Part shown: in pieces, positions 17,904 through 20,000 of the stretch | How the letters are laid out: each line of letters opens with the position of its first letter | Position numbering within the stretch: position 1 is the first letter of the stretch | IMG/VR virus record: IMGVR_UViG_3300020472_002474 | DNA length: 20,000 nt | Direction: 5' to 3' (one strand) | Origin: an uncultured virus (IMG/VR IMGVR_UViG_3300020472_002474) | Taxonomy: Duplodnaviria; Heunggongvirae; Uroviricota; Caudoviricetes | Notes under the pieces: model-generated | Database searches by the model: none | Seen by the model: only the letters and a program-made list of their open reading frames with translations | What the model was told of the DNA's origin: nothing | Translations under genes and position numbers: made by a program

Positions 17904-18689
17904 CTAATTAAATTTTAAATATCTTTTGTGGTGTTTTCTAATAAAATCTATCGTCATTTGTTCTTGATTAAACATACTATCAATTACATCGAATTTGTTA
18001 CGAGTTGAAAGAGGAGAAACTAAAACTTTATCTCCTAAAATTAAACCTCCATCGTATTCTGTCCAAAACAATTTCATTTGTTTCCAAAAAATATCCTTAT
18101 GACCTGATTTATTTCTATGTGGTATTTCAGTAACACTTTTCCAATCACTATCTTGCTCACATAACCAATCTAAAAATTTTGGATTACTTAAATCTTTTAA
18201 ATCTAAAAAATATATATTGGGTAAATGTGCATATATGTTTAATGGTATTTCATTAAAATTGTTCCATTTCCAAAACATTCCGTGTCCTCTAAACATCCAT
18301 TCGGTGCCATAAGGACTTCGAGGATTATGAAGTAATGACATAACTTGAAGGGCTGTTTTTGTAGCAAAAGTATTTTTACGAAATCCATTTTTAAAAATAT
18401 TTTTATTAAAAAACTCAAATACATTAGAACGATAAAAAAGACCTTCTTTGGATTGTAACTCCATCCACATTCCACTTTTCCATTTATCAAAAACATCTCT
18501 TAATAGGATTACATATTTTTTATTAGTTTTGAATTCTCCATCGTGTATTACTTCTCTAAAATGATGGACGAGTTTTTTTCTTGGTTGCTGTTGATGTGAA
18601 AGTTCTGATATTCCTAGCAATGACATTGTTCCTACTTTAGCACATTGTCCGATACCTATTCTTTTTGTTCCTACATTTTGAAATTCCAT
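17904..18689 (-). CDS. Putative sulfotransferase-fold protein
   Basis: CAKVGTMSL resembles the 5'-PSB loop (xPKxGTTS) and VILLRDVFDKWKSG resembles the 3'-PB motif (RDPxxRxxS). C-terminal IPHRNKS also fits. The sequence is divergent and the call rests on motifs only. Confidence 0.55.
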   Translation of the reverse strand: MEFQNVGTKRIGIGQCAKVGTMSLLGISELSHQQQPRKKLVHHFREVIHDGEFKTNKKYVILLRDVFDKWKSGMWMELQSKEGLFYRSNVFEFFNKNIFKNGFRKNTFATKTALQVMSLLHNPRSPYGTEWMFRGHGMFWKWNNFNEIPLNIYAHLPNIYFLDLKDLSNPKFLDWLCEQDSDWKSVTEIPHRNKSGHKDIFWKQMKLFWTEYDGGLILGDKVLVSPLSTRNKFDVIDSMFNQEQMTIDFIRKHHKRYLKFN

Positions 18690-18703
18690 ATAACCTTATT
18701 CTT

Positions 18704-19096
18704 TTATTTAAATTTTTTCTTCCACTTTTTTCTATATTCATTCTGTGCCCATCTTTCGGCCTGTTCCTCATAAAAGTTATCATCGTGAAAATCACCACCT
18801 TTTTCTACCGCGTCTTGTCCAGCCATAGTGTATTCACGTTCGTACTTTTTAGCTCCCATTTTATATCTCATTTTTGCGTGGTCAATTTCGTGTAAAACCG
18901 ATACAACAAATTCCTTGACATTAGGATAATTTCGTTTTAAATTTATAACATCATTTACCCAATCATAATCTGCCTCATTCTGTCCTTTGACTTTACCAAA
19001 TTTTACCTTAGAACGAAGGCCATATTTTTTGACCAACATACGGGCAGTATCTTGATAATCAATTCTTTCTACGAGTAGGTCTTTGAGTTTTAACAT
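18704..19096 (-). CDS. Small HExxH zincin-like putative metallopeptidase with an MLKLKDLLVE N-terminal leader
   Basis: VLHEIDH motif with a downstream YEEQAERWA helix that could supply a third Glu ligand (ImmA/IrrE-like spacing), preceded by a beta-hairpin-like EADYDWVNDVINL. Confidence 0.65.
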   Translation of the reverse strand: MLKLKDLLVERIDYQDTARMLVKKYGLRSKVKFGKVKGQNEADYDWVNDVINLKRNYPNVKEFVVSVLHEIDHAKMRYKMGAKKYEREYTMAGQDAVEKGGDFHDDNFYEEQAERWAQNEYRKKWKKKFK

Positions 19097-19099
19097 ATT

Positions 19100-19109
19100 A
19101 ATAAATATA
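19100..19109 (-). promoter_or_regulatory. TATATTTATT motif immediately upstream of the HExxH gene
   Basis: The minus strand reads ctATATTTATTaatATG. The motif takes up most of the 15-nt intergenic gap, and no Shine-Dalgarno sequence is present. It is the same core as upstream of the giant gene. Confidence 0.4.
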
Positions 19110-19111
19110 GA

Positions 19112-19768
19112 TTATTCAGATTTTGAACTACTTACAAGGTTACTTGAGACTTGTGCACTCAACAAAGTTTGAAGTGTAAAATATAATGACGGATTTCTTT
19201 TTAACAATTCTTTAAACTCCCTTTGTTTCCAAACTAAACACTCACATGGATGTTTTACAATACAAGTTGCGGTTGCTGATTTCTCTGTAAGGAATGACAT
19301 CTCACCTACAAATTGTCCATCTTTTAATTGTGCTACTTTTTTTCCATCAACCAATACATCTACCGTTCCATTGTAAATTAAAACTAAATCTGGAACAAGA
19401 TGTGTTTGTCTTGTAAGAAATTCTTCTGGTTTAAACTTTTTCCAAATTGCTGCCTTACTAATCTTTAAATACTCTACTGGTGTTAAATCCTTGAATAAGG
19501 TTTCGTATAACTCACTATTCTTATCGTCCATATGAACAGGACGCTTTTCATATATGATAACTGATATGTGATATAAGTTTACAACTACAAAAACAATATT
19601 CCAACCTATTGGAAGCCACATTGGTTCTATTGGAATGTAAAAGTTATATAATACTGAAAATAAACTTGCTAAGATTGAAAGTAGTCTAAGATATAGAATA
19701 TCCTTTACGAGAAATGAAAACGCTATTAACCCAAATGCTAAATGTCCAGCTATCGTTGCTATGTTCAT
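19112..19768 (-). CDS. Popeye-like membrane protein with a cyclic-nucleotide-binding domain (3 TM + cNMP-binding)
   Basis: Three N-terminal hydrophobic segments with DILYLR and WNIVFVVVNLY, linker LYETLFKDLTPVEY, and CNBD beta-roll LVLIYNGTVDV...VAQLKDGQFVGEMSFL...ATATCIV followed by hinge/C-helix WKQREFKELLKRNP. Confidence 0.8.
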   Translation of the reverse strand: MNIATIAGHLAFGLIAFSFLVKDILYLRLLSILASLFSVLYNFYIPIEPMWLPIGWNIVFVVVNLYHISVIIYEKRPVHMDDKNSELYETLFKDLTPVEYLKISKAAIWKKFKPEEFLTRQTHLVPDLVLIYNGTVDVLVDGKKVAQLKDGQFVGEMSFLTEKSATATCIVKHPCECLVWKQREFKELLKRNPSLYFTLQTLLSAQVSSNLVSSSKSE

Positions 19769-19771
19769 ACA

Positions 19772-20000
19772 TTAAAATACATCACCTGCTATTGCGTTAG
19801 AAATAGCCTTTTTGATTCCTTTGTTATCAACATCAACTTTACCATCCATATCGGCTTTCCAAACTTCTTTCTTTTTACCATTATGAAATAATGCTAATGA
19901 TGGGTAGTTTCTGATTCTAAGTTTTTTTATTACTTTTCTTGCGTTCCCTGCATCTACTTCAAGTATAACACAACTTTCGAATCCACTAACCCCATTAAAT
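19772..20000 (-). CDS. Thioredoxin-fold protein, C-terminal part (5' end outside the window)
   Basis: Manual translation: FNGVSGFESCVILEVDAGNARKVIKKLRIRNYPSLALFHNGKKKEVWKADMDGKVDVDNKGIKKAISNAIAGDVF*, with TAA at 19774-19772. VD...IRNYPSLALFHNGK matches the thioredoxin cis-Pro region. It is absent from the track because its start is off-window. Confidence 0.7.
   Translation of the reverse strand, partial: FNGVSGFESCVILEVDAGNARKVIKKLRIRNYPSLALFHNGKKKEVWKADMDGKVDVDNKGIKKAISNAIAGDVF

Noticed and set aside
13739..18895. Small ORFs 13739-13969, 16208-16468, 16743-17099, 17719-17907, 18239-18496 and 18665-18895
   Set aside because: They are antisense or alternative-frame overlaps of well-supported genes and show no motifs.

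Overview
AT-rich, densely coding fragment that most likely comes from a large tailed (T4-like or jumbo-type) phage genome. About 65% of the window (12983 to <1, minus strand) is one open reading frame of at least 4327 codons. It is missing from the ORF track because it has no stop codon inside the window. The product is rich in Ser/Gly/Thr/Ile and has two arrays of a ~100-aa repeat (18 copies of an S-M-S-[LIF] marker), a third array of a shorter ~65-aa repeat, and a tail-tip-like central domain, so it is probably a giant tail fibre or adhesin. A small ribbon-helix-helix gene is transcribed divergently from it. The right part is a minus-strand block: a single-chain Mre11-Rad50 (SbcD-SbcC, gp47-gp46) fusion, a small hypothetical gene, a TOPRIM primase with an eroded Zn-binding domain, a PD-(D/E)xK Holliday-junction resolvase, a sulfotransferase-like gene, an HExxH protein with an MLKLKDLLVE leader, a Popeye-like membrane cNMP-binding protein, and a partial thioredoxin-fold gene. 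I saw no RNA genes, CRISPR arrays or mobile elements. All family calls come from reading motifs, not from database searches.
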